The notes beneath the pieces are model-generated. The model was given only the letters and a program-made list of their open reading frames with translations. It searched no databases and had not been told where the DNA came from. Positions 35,691 to 48,235 of a stretch of DNA of 64,000 bases are shown piece by piece. Every line of letters begins with the position of its first letter. Position 1 is the first letter of the stretch. The position numbers and the translations under genes were made by a program. Origin of the DNA: Hyaloraphidium curvatum SAG 235-1 (taxonomy: Eukaryota; Fungi; Monoblepharomycota); assembly GCA_025558095.1 (NCBI GenBank), contig JAIVFI010000033.1, positions 248,001 through 312,000 of the forward strand, read 5' to 3'.

Positions 35691-37205
35691 CTACAAGGAA
35701 ATGGCTATCGGGACGTTCCCGCTATCTAAGGACTTCCTTCCGGCTTCAAGAATCGCAGTCACTGCGAGGGTCGCGCCAATGGTAGGCAAGAGTTCGTCGA
35801 ATGAGCTGACGCTTGATCGACCCGAGTTGATGTCGATGCAAGCCTGGCAGAAGGCTTCGATGCTGCGGTAGCCATATGTCTGCTGCGCGGCGAAATATCC
35901 GCCTGCATCCGGGGCGTAACGCACTGGAAGAACTGCTCAGCGAATGCACGGTGTTGTCAAGCCTGTCACGTACTGTAAAGCGGATTGACCGAAGTGTAGC
36001 CAGCATCGTCTGAAGCAACCTCGTAGCCTCGATGTGCTTGATCAATCCTCATTTCGCCGGAGTGCCCCATATACGTGAATCGTTGCTGGAAACGGCGGCG
36101 TGTAAATGACGCAGCCATCCTGACGACGATCGCCGTTACCTGGGAATGAACCTCGGCTTTTTTGGCTGCTATCCACGACGACGTGAGCACCGCGGTTCCC
36201 AGATTCCCCGTCGTGATGTTCTTGAATTGCACCAGGAGGGTGATCGTGTCCTCAGTCACTTTGGCGACTCCCGTGCTCCCCATCGCTGTGACCGCGATGG
36301 GAACGGCAACGCCTTGAACCGCCCAGCACAGAAGATCCGCATGGTGGGAATTGAGATAGTAGGAGATGTCGCTGCCGCTTCCAATCCAGTTTGCAAAGGT
36401 TTCAAGCTGTGTTTTCGGCTGCGACATGTAGCTGGGTACCCGTAAGTGGGCTTCCTCGCACGAGCGGGACACGGCTCGCCTACGCGTAGAAGTAGGAAAA
36501 GTCCCCGAAGGTTCGCATTCGCGCTCGAGCGTCCGCGTAGATCGGGTCCCATCTCTTGTGCATCTCGACCATGACCAGCACATTGCGCTCCCGTGCCTCT
36601 TTGATTAGCTGCGAATGCTCGGCCACGGTCATGACGGCAGGCTTCGCAACCAGCTGCACAGGAAGTGAGCGCAAGTTGGAACGGCGGGCCTGTTTGACGC
36701 ACCACATGGAGTCCCTTGCGAATGGCATACAGGCACTGCTCAAAATGCACTTCGTCGGGGGTGAAGATCGATACGGCATCTCCGGGCTTCATGGCATCCA
36801 TAGCGGCCTGGTAGGCCTTCGTGTTCGACTCCGTGTCATCGGAAGGAAACTGCTCGACCGTCGGGTCGAGGTCTCGATATTGAGCCACCACGCTCCGCAG
36901 ATGCTCTCTGATGGCGGCGTTCTTCTTGCCCGTCGTTCCGACCTTGAATGCATTCCTCAGACATCTAGGCGAAGTCGTCGAAAGGCGGACGCACCAACGC
37001 CACACGGTTCACCATCCCTCTCCGTCTAAGATCGAAGCAAACAAGAGCAACGACGCCATTCCGTTTGTCGCTGCCCGATGCCTTGTTGTGTACGTAGCCT
37101 GGTCGAACTGTCACCTCCATTCCACGCCGCAAAACCGTCCCGATGCGGCCCACCAGTTGTGTACTCCCCGGTCCCGACGCAGAGAACGTCCAATGTGGGC
37201 GCCAT
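35691..37205 (-). CDS. gaaA: Gfo/Idh/MocA oxidoreductase, D-galacturonate reductase GaaA-like
   Basis: [81 protein letters not shown] match the remembered Aspergillus GaaA sequence. Confidence 0.85.
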
Positions 37206-37390
37206 CTACTGCTAGACGGGCCGCGAGACCCCGTGGAACGATTTTGAACGATTGAGCGGGGTTCGCGGATTGGTGTTTACGCGGCACGATGATCATCTCC
37301 TTCATGCGATCGCGCGCTCTGAATCTGGGGGCCGATCTGGGGGCATCTGACTTGAGTTCAGACAAAGTGTCATTAAATACATCGTGGCCG

Positions 37391-40317
37391 TCACTGCTTT
37401 GGTTTCGCCGGCTCGGCGCGGCGTGGAGGAGAAGCGTTCCGGTCTGGAGGCGCAGAGGCCCCTGGCGAGCGAGGTCCGGATTCCTTGTCCCGCCGAATGT
37501 CGAGAGATATTCTCAGCCCTTGACCGGTTTGGGCCACAGACGTAAACTCCCGTGCGGAAGGCATGGCCCGGAACTCCGACGGCGGAAGGAATGTCGGGCT
37601 TTTGGCATCATCCTCCGCCTTTGTACCTCGGACCTGCAGGTACTCGCCGCTCCAGTTCGTCCGCATGCCACCGTTGCCCTCCATTTTGTGCAGGATTGAG
37701 CGCCCAATGTCCGCGGCAAGTCTGATCATCCCCGACGAATCTGCCCGCGTCGCGCCCATTGCAGGGCTCGCCGGTTCCACCGGCGACTTCTTGTCGTACG
37801 GTGTGAGCTTCGTCGGTGACGGAGGCGGCTCGTACGTGCGGAACAAGAAGGAGGGAGCGGGTCGCACTGCCGACGGCTGCGACCCCGACGAGCCGGTGGA
37901 AGGCGTGGTGTTGCTTTCCAAGTCCGAGTCGGGTGTGATGGGGCTGATCGAAGGAACGAGCAGGTACTGGATCGTCCGCTTGCGTTCCCGGTACTTGAAG
38001 ACGATCCACACGATCCCCACCGACATCATGAACGCGGTGGCCGCGAACACCGCCAGGGCAAGGTGGAGGCGGTGTCCGGAAACTATGCTCTGCGACTCGG
38101 TGCACGTCGGCCGGCCGTTCGAATCCAGGACGGTGTCGGCTTCGCCGCAGATTCCGTGGAAAGTCAAGCCCCAAGAAAGAAGGGTGCCAGGGGTTGGTGG
38201 GATTGGCCCTTGGGGAAGGGACCAACGGCTGTCGGCTACCTGCAACTTCCACGTCCCAAGCGGCGACTCGCCCCAGCATCGCACCGTGGAAAAGGTCCAG
38301 GGCATGAAGCCGTCGGTGGAAACGTCGTTGGTTCTCTCTGTGGCCAGCATAGAGACCGTGCCGGCTGGCGAAATGAGCCGAATGGTCAGGAACCTCCGCT
38401 CATTGTGCGCAATCCTAACGGTAGCTAGAACGTATTCGAGGGTGAGCAGCTGGCCGACGTCGCCGCTCGCCACCTCCAATGTGTGCTCCAAGTAGTCATC
38501 GTACGACTTCACTGGAATAGACAGGCCCGCGTAGACTTGCAGCGAGGCGGTCAGCGCGGGCGAGGGCACAAGCTTATGGGCCGCCGATGCGTTGACGAGG
38601 GCAGAAGCATCCAGATTCCCGAATCCGTACTTGTGATTCACGTGGTATCCAGCCCCATTGAGCGACCAATCCGCGTCCTTGGAATCCGTGACCTTGGCAG
38701 TTTGGACCATAAGGTACTGCACGTCTCGCCACCCCAAATCCGGCCTGTGGATTGGTCATCGAAACCGTTCCCGAAAAAATCGCGATGCTCAAGTCTAACC
38801 TTGCCGAAAGGAGAAGTGCGATGATTCCCGCCGCCATCGGCGCAGCTGCCGAAGTTCCCGAATGCTTGTTGGTGCAAGATCCGTTCAGGTCCGTTGTCGT
38901 CTGCAGTGGGAAATTCCTTGAGATCAGCCCTCGCGTGACCAAGCATCCACTTACAATCATGGACCTCGAGTCGCCGCTGTAGGTCACCGCAAGGTGAGCG
39001 GCACAGATCTCCCCGTACGGCGGCATTGTGCCGGACGGCGTGATCGCTCCGATGGAGATTGTGTAGGGACTGTTGGCGTATCCGTCGAAGTTGCAGTTGT
39101 CCTGCAACTGCCCACCATTGCCAGAGGCAAAGACGAAGATGGAGCCGAGGCCTTTCCGGCCCTTGGTGACTCCATTGATCAGCGCTTGCTGGGTCAAGAA
39201 GCCAGGCCCGTCCACGGTGGCCCCGTTGTCTTCAGGACCCCAGCTGCTGGAGAATATGTCGTTGATTTGAAACTTGTAATTGAATGCGGTGGCCTCGAGC
39301 GCGTCCGTCGTCGCATTTGCAATTACTCTTTCGCCTATACGCATGGTCAGTAGCGGCCTCAAGGGAACAATGGGCTTGCTGCGAACCTGCAACTTTCGCC
39401 CCAAAAGCTACCCCAACGCCGCAGACGTTGTTTGGGACAGCTGCAATTTGGCCGGCGCATCTGGTTCCGTGCGTGTCCTCGTTTGAGCCTGGCAGAGGCT
39501 CGTTGTTCTTGCGCGTAAAGTCCCAACTCGATTCCGGAGACTGAAGAACGAGTCAAATCGGTTAGCAAATGAGGCTTCGGATCCGGCTGCCGTGCAACAG
39601 ACGAACCCAGTTCGGTGCAATGTCGGGATGCCGGAAATCCACTCCATCGTCCACGACCGAAACGGTGACTCCGGTGCCGTTGACGCCAGCAGCCCATACG
39701 GGCATTACGTTGATGTCGTTGCCGGCGAGATCGGCGCCGAACTTGCCGACATTGACCTGCGGCGCGTTAGGTGCACATTGCAGGACGAGACGATGGTGAC
39801 CAACCAAATGCCACTGGTCCCCAAACAAGGGATCCTCGAAGTGGGGAGCCTCCCTCGTAGCCCGCTTTTGGGTCTTTTGTTCCTCGCGCCACCAGACGGC
39901 CGAGTGGTCGGCCAGCTCGGCATCCACTTCCAGGGAAGTCCGGCGGCGCAGTCGCCGCCCGCTCTCGGGAACGTCTTCGGCGACACCAAGCAACCAAAAG
40001 CCGTCGAGCTCGCCGACGCGACCCAGATTGACCATGTTCTTGGCTCGGGCGAGCTGATCCACCTCCGCTTCGTCGAGCGGCCGTCCCCGACTGTCCCTCA
40101 GGCCCACCGCCCAAACACGACCTTGCTCTGGCGATTCGGCTGCTAAGCCGGAATCCGCGGAGAAAAATGCAAAGAGCAAACACATTTGCGCCCAAAGGAG
40201 AATCGCAACGCAATTCGCTGGGCGGACCGAGTGTTTGCGGTGCCGCCGCGCACGCAGCAATGTCCGGTCGACGTTCCTCGCCATCGTTCGTGTCCGAAGG
40301 AGCTTACAGCGGCGCAT
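37391..40317 (-). CDS. Kexin/proprotein convertase (S8 + P domain + TM), PCSK7-like
   Basis: Prodomain ending KRATR; VVDDG, HGTRCAG, SWGPEDNG, FASGNGG..DNCNFDGYANS, HSGTSAAAP, P domain, C-terminal TM; start uncertain (40317 or 40284). Confidence 0.9.
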
Positions 40318-40529
40318 CTGATCAATCGCTCGAAAGAAGACAAGACTCCAGCTTCCGGTGCTGGGTCGCGGAAGCAAAGGTCCCGAAACTGGTCCGAGCT
40401 TCGGGGCACAACACGCGCGCAAGGCCCGGGCACGCGAGCAAACAACCGTCCCGAGCTGACTCAACACCCGATTCCCACTACCGCGAACCGTGTTCGGAGC
40501 ATCTACATTCATTAATCAGCATTTCCAAT

Positions 40530-41630
40530 CTACTCCAGGATATCTACAAGGAAAAATGCAGCGTCAGCCGTGATCACCAGAGCATAAAGAATACCGACCG
40601 TAATGCCCAGGCCGGAACAGCAGTTCTATCGTGGGCAGCTTAGACGAGTCTGGTGCTTCCATCGGTGAGAACTCGTGGTAATTGAGCTCGGTGGCGGACG
40701 CGTCCAGGTTGGCAATCTTGACGTTGACGCAGCCCAGTGCGTTCACCATCGCAATGATCTGGAGGTTGTCCGCCTGCGGGAACCCGTGAGCAACCGCACA
40801 CGCGAGTCGGTAACGCAAGCATACCTCGACGTACATCGGCTCGACCGACTGCGCCACCAGGTCGGCGATGGGTATCTCGGAAAACCCCTCGTACAGCTCC
40901 TTGTTCCTCTTCAGCTCGGCAGCAGTGCAAAGCCGCAAGTGACACACGACCGTGTCGGAAGCGTAGCCCTGGAAGATTTCCAGCAGCGTCCCGGGGTTGT
41001 CCTGCTTCTGTAGCGTTTCCATGAACTGGTCGTAGAAGTCCTCGATCGCCCCGACTTCGTAGCCCACGTCCACCAGCATCTGCTTTGTTCGCAACGCATT
41101 TTCCATGGCTTTTCTTTGCCAATCCGACCCATCCCTCTCCCAGATGAGCTCCGCAAGCCCTGAGGAACAGAGTGAGCTGCCGCGATTCCGCCGGCCTCGC
41201 CACCCACGGTAGCCAAAGGCGCGAAAGAAGCAGTTGCCGTCCTTCTTCACTGACCGAAAACCTTTGTGCGCGGACGCAAGTTTCTGCGTAATCGTCAGCA
41301 CGGGGACCGCACCGCGCCCTGGTCCGCCCACCTTGAGCTTCGTTCGCAATATCTCCTCCGCGTTTTCGTACTCCTTCATCAGGACTTCGAACCCCTGGAG
41401 CTCCGTTATCGCCGGCATCCGGTCAAACTCCTCCTGCAAACCACGGGCGTGAGCTGAGCGGAAGCGGCTTGGCGAGCGACACGGACCTTGATCCGGCGCT
41501 CGTAGTTGAGGATCTCCTGGTCGCTTGGCCGGTTGAAGGCCGGTTGCGCAGCCTGATCCGCATCGCCATTGGCCACAAGCTCCTCGGGTATCAGCTCGGG
41601 CAGAGACGCGTCGCCCCCGTCCGCCTCCAT
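40530..41630 (-). CDS. OTUB1: Otubain OTUB1-type deubiquitinase
   Basis: FRSVKKDGNCFFRAF, VEPMYVEADNLQIIA, LLFRPGHY|DIL. Confidence 0.9.
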
Positions 41631-41734
41631 CGCAAACTTCCGAGGCGCGCGGGCACTCTGCTGACTGAGAGCCGCGTGCGCGCGTTGCCAATGTGATGCC
41701 ACCGGGTTCAGGGGCCACCGAGCCCTGGAAGGCG

Positions 41735-42607
41735 ATGCCCGATGCGAAAACCGCGGATCAGTGGCAGGTGGAGCTGGCTCGCGTGGGACTGGAAGTTGGG
41801 AAAGCGGAGAAAGTGGGCCCATCGAATGGTACCGGTGTCCCCGGGACTCTCGGCCAACCACGCGCCGCCAGAGGCGCCAGGAGCTGAAGGACGCATACGT
41901 TGAGGCCCGGAAGCACGTGCGGCATCTTCAACGGGAGAGGAAGTGGGGATCTGTTTCCGACCTGAAAGACCACCCTCATGCGCCACGATTGACAGGCAGC
42001 TATTGGACTTGCTCGTCCTGAAGGCAAAACGGGTGGATGAGCTACTGCTGTGGGACTGTTCTTGAGTCGCGCCGGCCGGCAGCTCAACTCGTAGCGCAGG
42101 TCCTCGGACGACGATGACTTGCCGGAGACGAGCTCCTATGGCTTCGATGCCAGCGCTTTCAGGAGCGGAGGTCTGAGCAAAGCTCCAGCAAGTGGTGCCG
42201 CGAAGTCCGGCGGGTCGAAGAAGTTGGCCGGCGGTACGTGTGCTTGAGCTCGCGTGCCCGGTCTTTGGAGTTTCAAGGCTGACTTTCATCGCTGCAGGCT
42301 CAAGCGCTCCGAAGAAGAAGTCTTCTTCCTCTCGGCCCTCTGGAACCAAGAAGAGCTTGGTCTGGTTTCTGTGGCTCCACCGTGGGACGATGCTGACCGT
42401 CTCATCTAGACGTTGAAGCAGGAGCCGCAATACGCGATGACGACCTCGTATCAGGCAATTTCGGCACTCTACGATACCATCGGAGACGAGGCCGCAGACA
42501 TTGTAATGTGATTCGATTGCTAGAGACACCACCACGGCTATGTTTCGCAGGAGGAATCTTCTGTGGCTTCAAAGCCCGCACTACAACGTCGCATCGCGAT
42601 CACATAG
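41735..42607 (+). CDS. Small multi-exon coiled-coil protein, possible INO80 subunit (Iec3/TFPT/INO80E-like)
   Basis: Spliced N-terminus ...RRQELKDAYVEARKHVRHLQRERKQLLDLLVL resembles the TFPT/INO80E coiled coil; exon model inferred. Confidence 0.4.
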
Positions 42608-43084
42608 GCGGGAGTACTACCACAGGTTGCTACACCAAGAGTAGAGCAGGACGATGGCCGAGCAGCTGGGCTGCACGACCTGGACGAGAAGGAAATACGC
42701 GAATCGTCGCGAAAGGGAACCCAACGGCCGCGCAAATACACTTTCGTCACTGTACATAGTCCTGAATAGTTGAAGAGCTTGGATTCGCGGGGCGACGCGG
42801 GGCGGGGGCGACACCTTGAGTTGACCTTGCCTGAGGTGATCCATCACGCGCGAGCGAGCTCGCCCCAAGAGCGACTCGGGCGCGCCCACTTGCCCGAGTC
42901 TGTCGTGTGCCATCGATTCCGGGACTCTCTATCCGCTTGCCATAGCGGAGGGAGCTGGGCCGCCCCGGCCGGCGGTAAGCCCCGCTGGGTGTCTGTCGGT
43001 GGCCCACGCGCTGCACCGTGTTTAGGGGCGTCTGCTCAGAAAGGCTCGGCTGCAACCGGTATCTGAGCTGTTCTTGGACTCAAT

Positions 43085-46000
43085 ATGGCGGACGACGGGT
43101 CGGAGACCGTCGCAGTCGCGCACGGAACTCCCCCGGAACCGGTGGACACCGCCGATGCGACAAATGGAGCGGACGGGGAAGGCGGACACGACGGTCCTGT
43201 TGAGGGTGCGGAGGTGGAGAATATGGAAGGCCAGGCCAATGGCCAGCTGGCTGAGGACGAGCAGAATCTCGAGTTGCTGGTGCGGAGGGGCGTCCCCGGC
43301 GCAACTGTGGAAAGTCTGACCCAGGCGCAGGGCTCCGGTTCGCTTCAGGTTTCAGTGGAGGCTCCGGGAATGATCCACTTCAGCTTGAAGGATTTCAAGC
43401 TTCGGATACGGGCAGAGTCCAAGCTTCCTCCCACCACAACAAAGACGCTACCCCCGCCCGCGCCTGCCAAGGAAAAGCGCAGGGATCCCTTCAACATCCT
43501 TCCAATGGGCCAAATGCTGCAGACTGCTGGCAACTATGTCGGCACCGCAGAGTGGAGGGTGAGCTCCGTCGGCAGACGTGCCGGACCGACTTAAACCTTC
43601 AATCCCAGCTCGCGAGGGACGACGTTCGTGCTACTCAAGTCCTGAACCGGATTGATGACATGAAGGCGCGGGATCTGTGGTCTTTCCGGCAGCTCAAGAG
43701 ACACGTCGCGCCGCCGAGGACGAAGACTCATTGGGACTTCTTGCTGGACGAGATGGTTCGTTGTTCGCTTGGCCTTCCCAACCACCTGACGCGTTTCCAC
43801 CAGCAATGGCTGAGGGAGGATTTCCGCCAGGAGCGGCGCTGGAAGATTGCTGCCGCCTTTACCGTCTCGCGCTGGATCATGGAGTGGCACAACGCGCCAG
43901 ACAAATCGGTGCTTTGCGTCAAGGTGAGGATAGCACCGCTCGCATTGCCTCGCCACCTTTTCAATCAAATTCCACAGAGGGTCGAAAGGTCCCCGGATTC
44001 CATGCTTCTCCAACCGAGCTCCCCGGCGGCAGCCGCCGTGGAACGTGTCCCATCGCCCGCACCGGATCAGCAAAAGAAGAGCCGCAAGCGGCGACGCGAC
44101 TCGGACGAGGTCATGGAGGATTCGGAGCGGAAGGCGGAAGAGGCCGACGGTGTTGCGCCGGGCGGCAGTGCCGACGTGGCCGGGACAGACAAAGGGGCCA
44201 AGGAGGCAACTGATGCCATCAACGAGGACGGGATGGCGAACGCGTCTGGCGGAGAGGAGCAGAAAGACGAGGCGACCCCTATGGATACGGATGGCCTGCC
44301 CCCGGAAGGGCGGCCGAGCGCGGAAGATCCCCCGGACGACGACGCGAACGACGCCCACACAACCAGCAGGGGCAAGACCCCAACGATCGACCGGGAGCCC
44401 ACGCGGCTGATCATCCGCTCCAATCCCGGGCTCACGCACGTGGACATTGGCATCGGATCCATCCCGGACGACATCAAGACCGTTTACGCGATCTCCAATC
44501 ACACACTCGACCAGCCTTACATCGATCCTCTCAACAACGCCAACGTGGTCCCGATGTCGAGGATGATGGGCACCAAGACCAAGTACTCGGACATCCGATG
44601 GGATCAGTACGGCCAGGATCGGGTTCTGCGGAAGCGGATGCGCACTACCCGCGGCACCGAGTGGAAGCTGGAAGCTCCCTGTGGGTTCCTCCGGGCGGCG
44701 CGCTTGTTCTGCCGTTTGACGAGTTCCTCGACAGCCCTCATTGCCGGACCTTTCTTCACGACGCGGAAAGCCCGAGACGACAAGGAGAAGCGCGGAATTC
44801 CGGAGCCCAACCAGCCTCGTCCCGTGCCCCGGGGGATACCGCAGACGGTCTGGACGCAGGAGGAGGAGGATGTGCTCCTGTCGTTTGGCAAGCTTTACCA
44901 GCACAACTGGGTTCTCATTTCGGAACTCATGGCTGCCGAGCACATGCCCAAGACCGCCTGGGATTGCTACGAAAAGTTCGTTGCTCTTGAGAGCATCGAG
45001 CAACGGGCGAGACCCAAAGTTGCCCGCGTGGACGCGAAGGATCGGCTTCTGAAGCACCAGAAAATCATTGGCTACATTCTCAAGAGGATCCGGACGCGGG
45101 ACCCGAGGCCTTCGGGTAAGTATAGCGTACCAACCCGTACTTCAGCAAGCTCACAACCAGAGAAAAGTCAACAACAACCAGGGCATTCAGAAGAAGATCA
45201 ATCTGGTTGCACACGACACGCACCAGCAGGCTCAGATCGATGCGGGCGTGGACCTCGGCAGCCGCGCCCTCACGCCTCTGGAGCTCAGCCAGGTCAAGGC
45301 CCGGCACGACCAGGAAGTGCGGATGCAGCAGGAGTCTCACCGTCAAGCACAATTTGCCGGTCGCTCTGCGGTGAGTATGCGCATCGCTGCATGACGTGAC
45401 GTCCTAAGTTTGCGGTCCAGATGGGATTCCAAGCAAGGCCAGGCTTTGTACAGATTCCCGTCCAGCAAATGCAGAGCTACGGACGGCCAATGCCGCGGCC
45501 GGGCATTGCTGTGCAAGCTGGACAGGCCGGTCTGCCTGTTCGCGTGCCCGCTTTGCAGCAGGCAGCTCTTCAAGGCCGCCTTCCGCCGGGCATCAGCCCC
45601 GAGGCTCTCAAGCAGGTCATGCTCGCTCGTGCAATGCAACAGCAGCAGCAAGCTCAGCAGGCCCAGGCGCAGGCGCAACAAGCCCAGGCCCAGCAGCAGG
45701 TGCAGCAAGCTGCGGCCCGTGGACAACCAGCTGCCGCTTCTGCCTTCCCGCTGCAACTCCAGATGCAAGGTGAGTATGCCTGTCGTTTCCTGGGTCTTCG
45801 CGCCGTGACAAAACGTGCAGCAGGAATCCAGGGCACCGATGGGAATGTGCGGCAGATGTCCGCCACGGACATCCAGGCCGCAACGGCTGCGCTCAGCGAT
45901 CCCACCCTCCGCGCCCAGCTTATGGCTCGGCAACAAGCCATTCAGGCGCAGCGTTCGGCCTTGACACCGGAGCAGCTGATGCAGCTGGCACAACTGCGGG

Positions 46001-46257
46001 CCAACAATCCCGAACTCGCACAGGTAGTGCGCCCGCAGGGGGCGCCGCAGTCTCAAGCGTTCCAGCAGCAGCGGATTCAGCTTCTTTTGCAGCAACAGCA
46101 GGCGGGGTTGCTGCAGGCCCATCAGCTCCAGGCGCTGCAGAATGCTGCCAGCTCGCAGGCGCCGGCAACGCCGCCCGTGCTCGCTCCTGCGCCCGGGGGC
46201 CAGGCCGACCAGGGCGGGGAGCAATCGACGCAGAGCCCTGCGCGGAAACGGAAATAG
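43085..46257 (+). CDS. EAF1: NuA4 scaffold Eaf1/Vid21 (HSA + SANT/Myb + Gln-rich tail)
   Basis: LWSFRQ..PPRTKTHWDFLLDEM|QWLREDFRQERRWK, WTQEEEDVL..YQHNWVLISE..KTAWDCYEK, TPLELS. Confidence 0.9.
45630..45715 (+). repeat. CAG/CAA-rich Gln/Ala tract in EAF1
   Basis: Encodes QQQQQAQQAQAQAQQAQAQQQVQQ. Confidence 0.7.
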
Positions 46258-46388
46258 GGGGCGCCAGTCGATCGATGCTTGATGTAGGCGGTGAGGTCCG
46301 GACGTGGAGCACCGGAATATGAGCATGAGCGCACTGCATCGTTGTGTCCGTGACCCGGAGATAACCAGACATTAATAGTAACTACTCT

Positions 46389-48054
46389 CTACTTCTCCAG
46401 TCCGCGCACCTGAAAGGATGCCCTTAGCAGAAGTAGCACTGGCGAGTCGTTCACCACACACCTCGTCCTGTAGCCGCTTCACCTGGGCGTGCTGTTGCTC
46501 CAGATCCTTGTTCAACCGATCGCGTTCAGACATGAGCTGGGCGCAGAGATGAGCCAACGAGTCACGATAGCAGACACTCGGGTCACCTACCCGCTTCTCC
46601 CAATCCCTGAACCTGTTCTCCTCCGACCGAACCTGCTCGGTGAACCTCTTCCTCAAAGCGACCTCGTCCTCCTTCATTTTCGATTCCAAGTCGCGCTTCA
46701 ATCTGCGAGACGCTGAGCAAAAGCCGAGGGCCAACCGATTGAGGATACCCACTTGGAAACAGGGTCGTCATCTGATCGCCCCTGTTGTGCGAGTTTCGCG
46801 GAACGGTAGTTCTCGTAGTGCACTTCCTGGGTTTGGATGATGAGGTCGTTCATATGCCGCCTGAGAACCGGCATCGTTTCAGTCCGAGCCGCGGAAACGA
46901 GCGACAGATTCCCCCACCTGATGAGCAGGTTTCGCAGCTTCTTGAAGTCGCAGTGATCCTCGTTCTCGACCTCGGCAACACCCCAGAGGTATTTTCGGCC
47001 CTTGACGGTACGCCCGTCCGGCGTTTGCACGTCCTTGTCGGAGGAAATGAGCGCAAACGGCCGCGCCCCGTTGCACTGCATGTCGATGAGCTTGCTTTCC
47101 GGATCATCCTGGTCCACGGGGCATTCGTAGGTTGCTATGCCATGGACGCGCAGCGCGTCGTTGACCTGTGGGCGCAGTGTCATCCGAGACCTCAAAAGAA
47201 GAAAAAGAAGGATGGCAAACCCACTCGTGCTTTGAAAGCCGCCAAGTCGCCACGGGTAATGGTGTCTGCCTTCGAGATGACGGGGATGAGGTTCACGCGG
47301 GTCGAGAGCTCCTTCATGACGCGGACGTCGAGGGGCTTGAGGCTAGAAACGCCAAACATGTGAACACCGGCTGCGGCAACAACGGGAGAAAGACCGACGT
47401 GTGTCCGGTGGGTTGAATGAAGTAGAGGCAGGCATGCACCCTCATGTCGTCGATATTGTTCCGCAGCGGCTGCTCCTCCGCGTCCAGGTAGCCCTGGTGC
47501 TGGTCCTCCAGGTAGTCCACGATGGGAGCCCAACAGTCCGCGTTGTTCACGTAATCTCCGAATCCAGGACAGTCAATGAGGGTCAAGCGACACGCGAAAC
47601 CCTTCTCCTCGATGTCTGCGGGGAAGCGTGTCGGCGGTGGTCCCCCGAGGCGGCAACCGCGGAACTCGCCTGCCCGCAGCACCTCAATGTCGACTGTGTG
47701 CTCGAACGGCTTCTGGAACCGCTGCGCATTGACCGCATACTCTTTCATGAGCGTCAGGAAGAGGGTATTTATGAAACTGCGGCGGGGCAGCGCGTTGTGG
47801 AGGGAGACGGGTGTCAGGGACAACCCGAGGACGGCGCGCTGCGGGCTCACGTCGTCTTCCCGGAGCCCGACTCGCCTGCGAACGCGGAGCCAAGGGCGTC
47901 AGCAACGGGATCGGCGGCGTCCAGGAGGCCGGCAGCGACACCGACCGACGACCATGAGGTTGAAGTTGGTCCCCTTCCGGTAGGCGATTTGGTGCTGCTG
48001 GTTCGGCAGGGTCGCGATACCGACGACGTCGGGCGGGAAGGCGTTCGACGCCAT
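46389..48054 (-). CDS. CDC12: Septin Cdc12/AspC
   Basis: GIATLPNQ, MVVGESGSGKTTFINTLF, DCPGFGD, KADT, GRKYLWG, ENEDHCDF, RKRFTEQV..ERDRLNKDLE. Confidence 0.92.
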
Positions 48055-48235
48055 GGTGGCGGCGTCGAGCGGCGGCGGCGCGACGCGCGTCGGAGCCGCG
48101 AATGCTGGGAGCGGGGCGGGAAACGAAAGGACACACCGGTGTGGGGCGCGCACACGACTAGCACGACCTCAAACCTTCCCCAGCATTGCGCTCATTCCAT
48201 TTATATTGGCGACAGAGATTCCTTCCTACACTATC

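Noticed and set aside
42915-43030. RNase MRP-like words on the minus strand (GGGGCTTA, GAGAGTCCCGG) and a telomerase-template-like CCCTAAAC
   Set aside because: The MRP motifs are in the wrong order and position, G-U pairing favours the plus strand, and the template covers barely one repeat.
47260-47880. Septin G-motif variants (GESGSGKT, DCPG, SKAD)
   Set aside because: Conservative changes; the key catalytic residues are retained.
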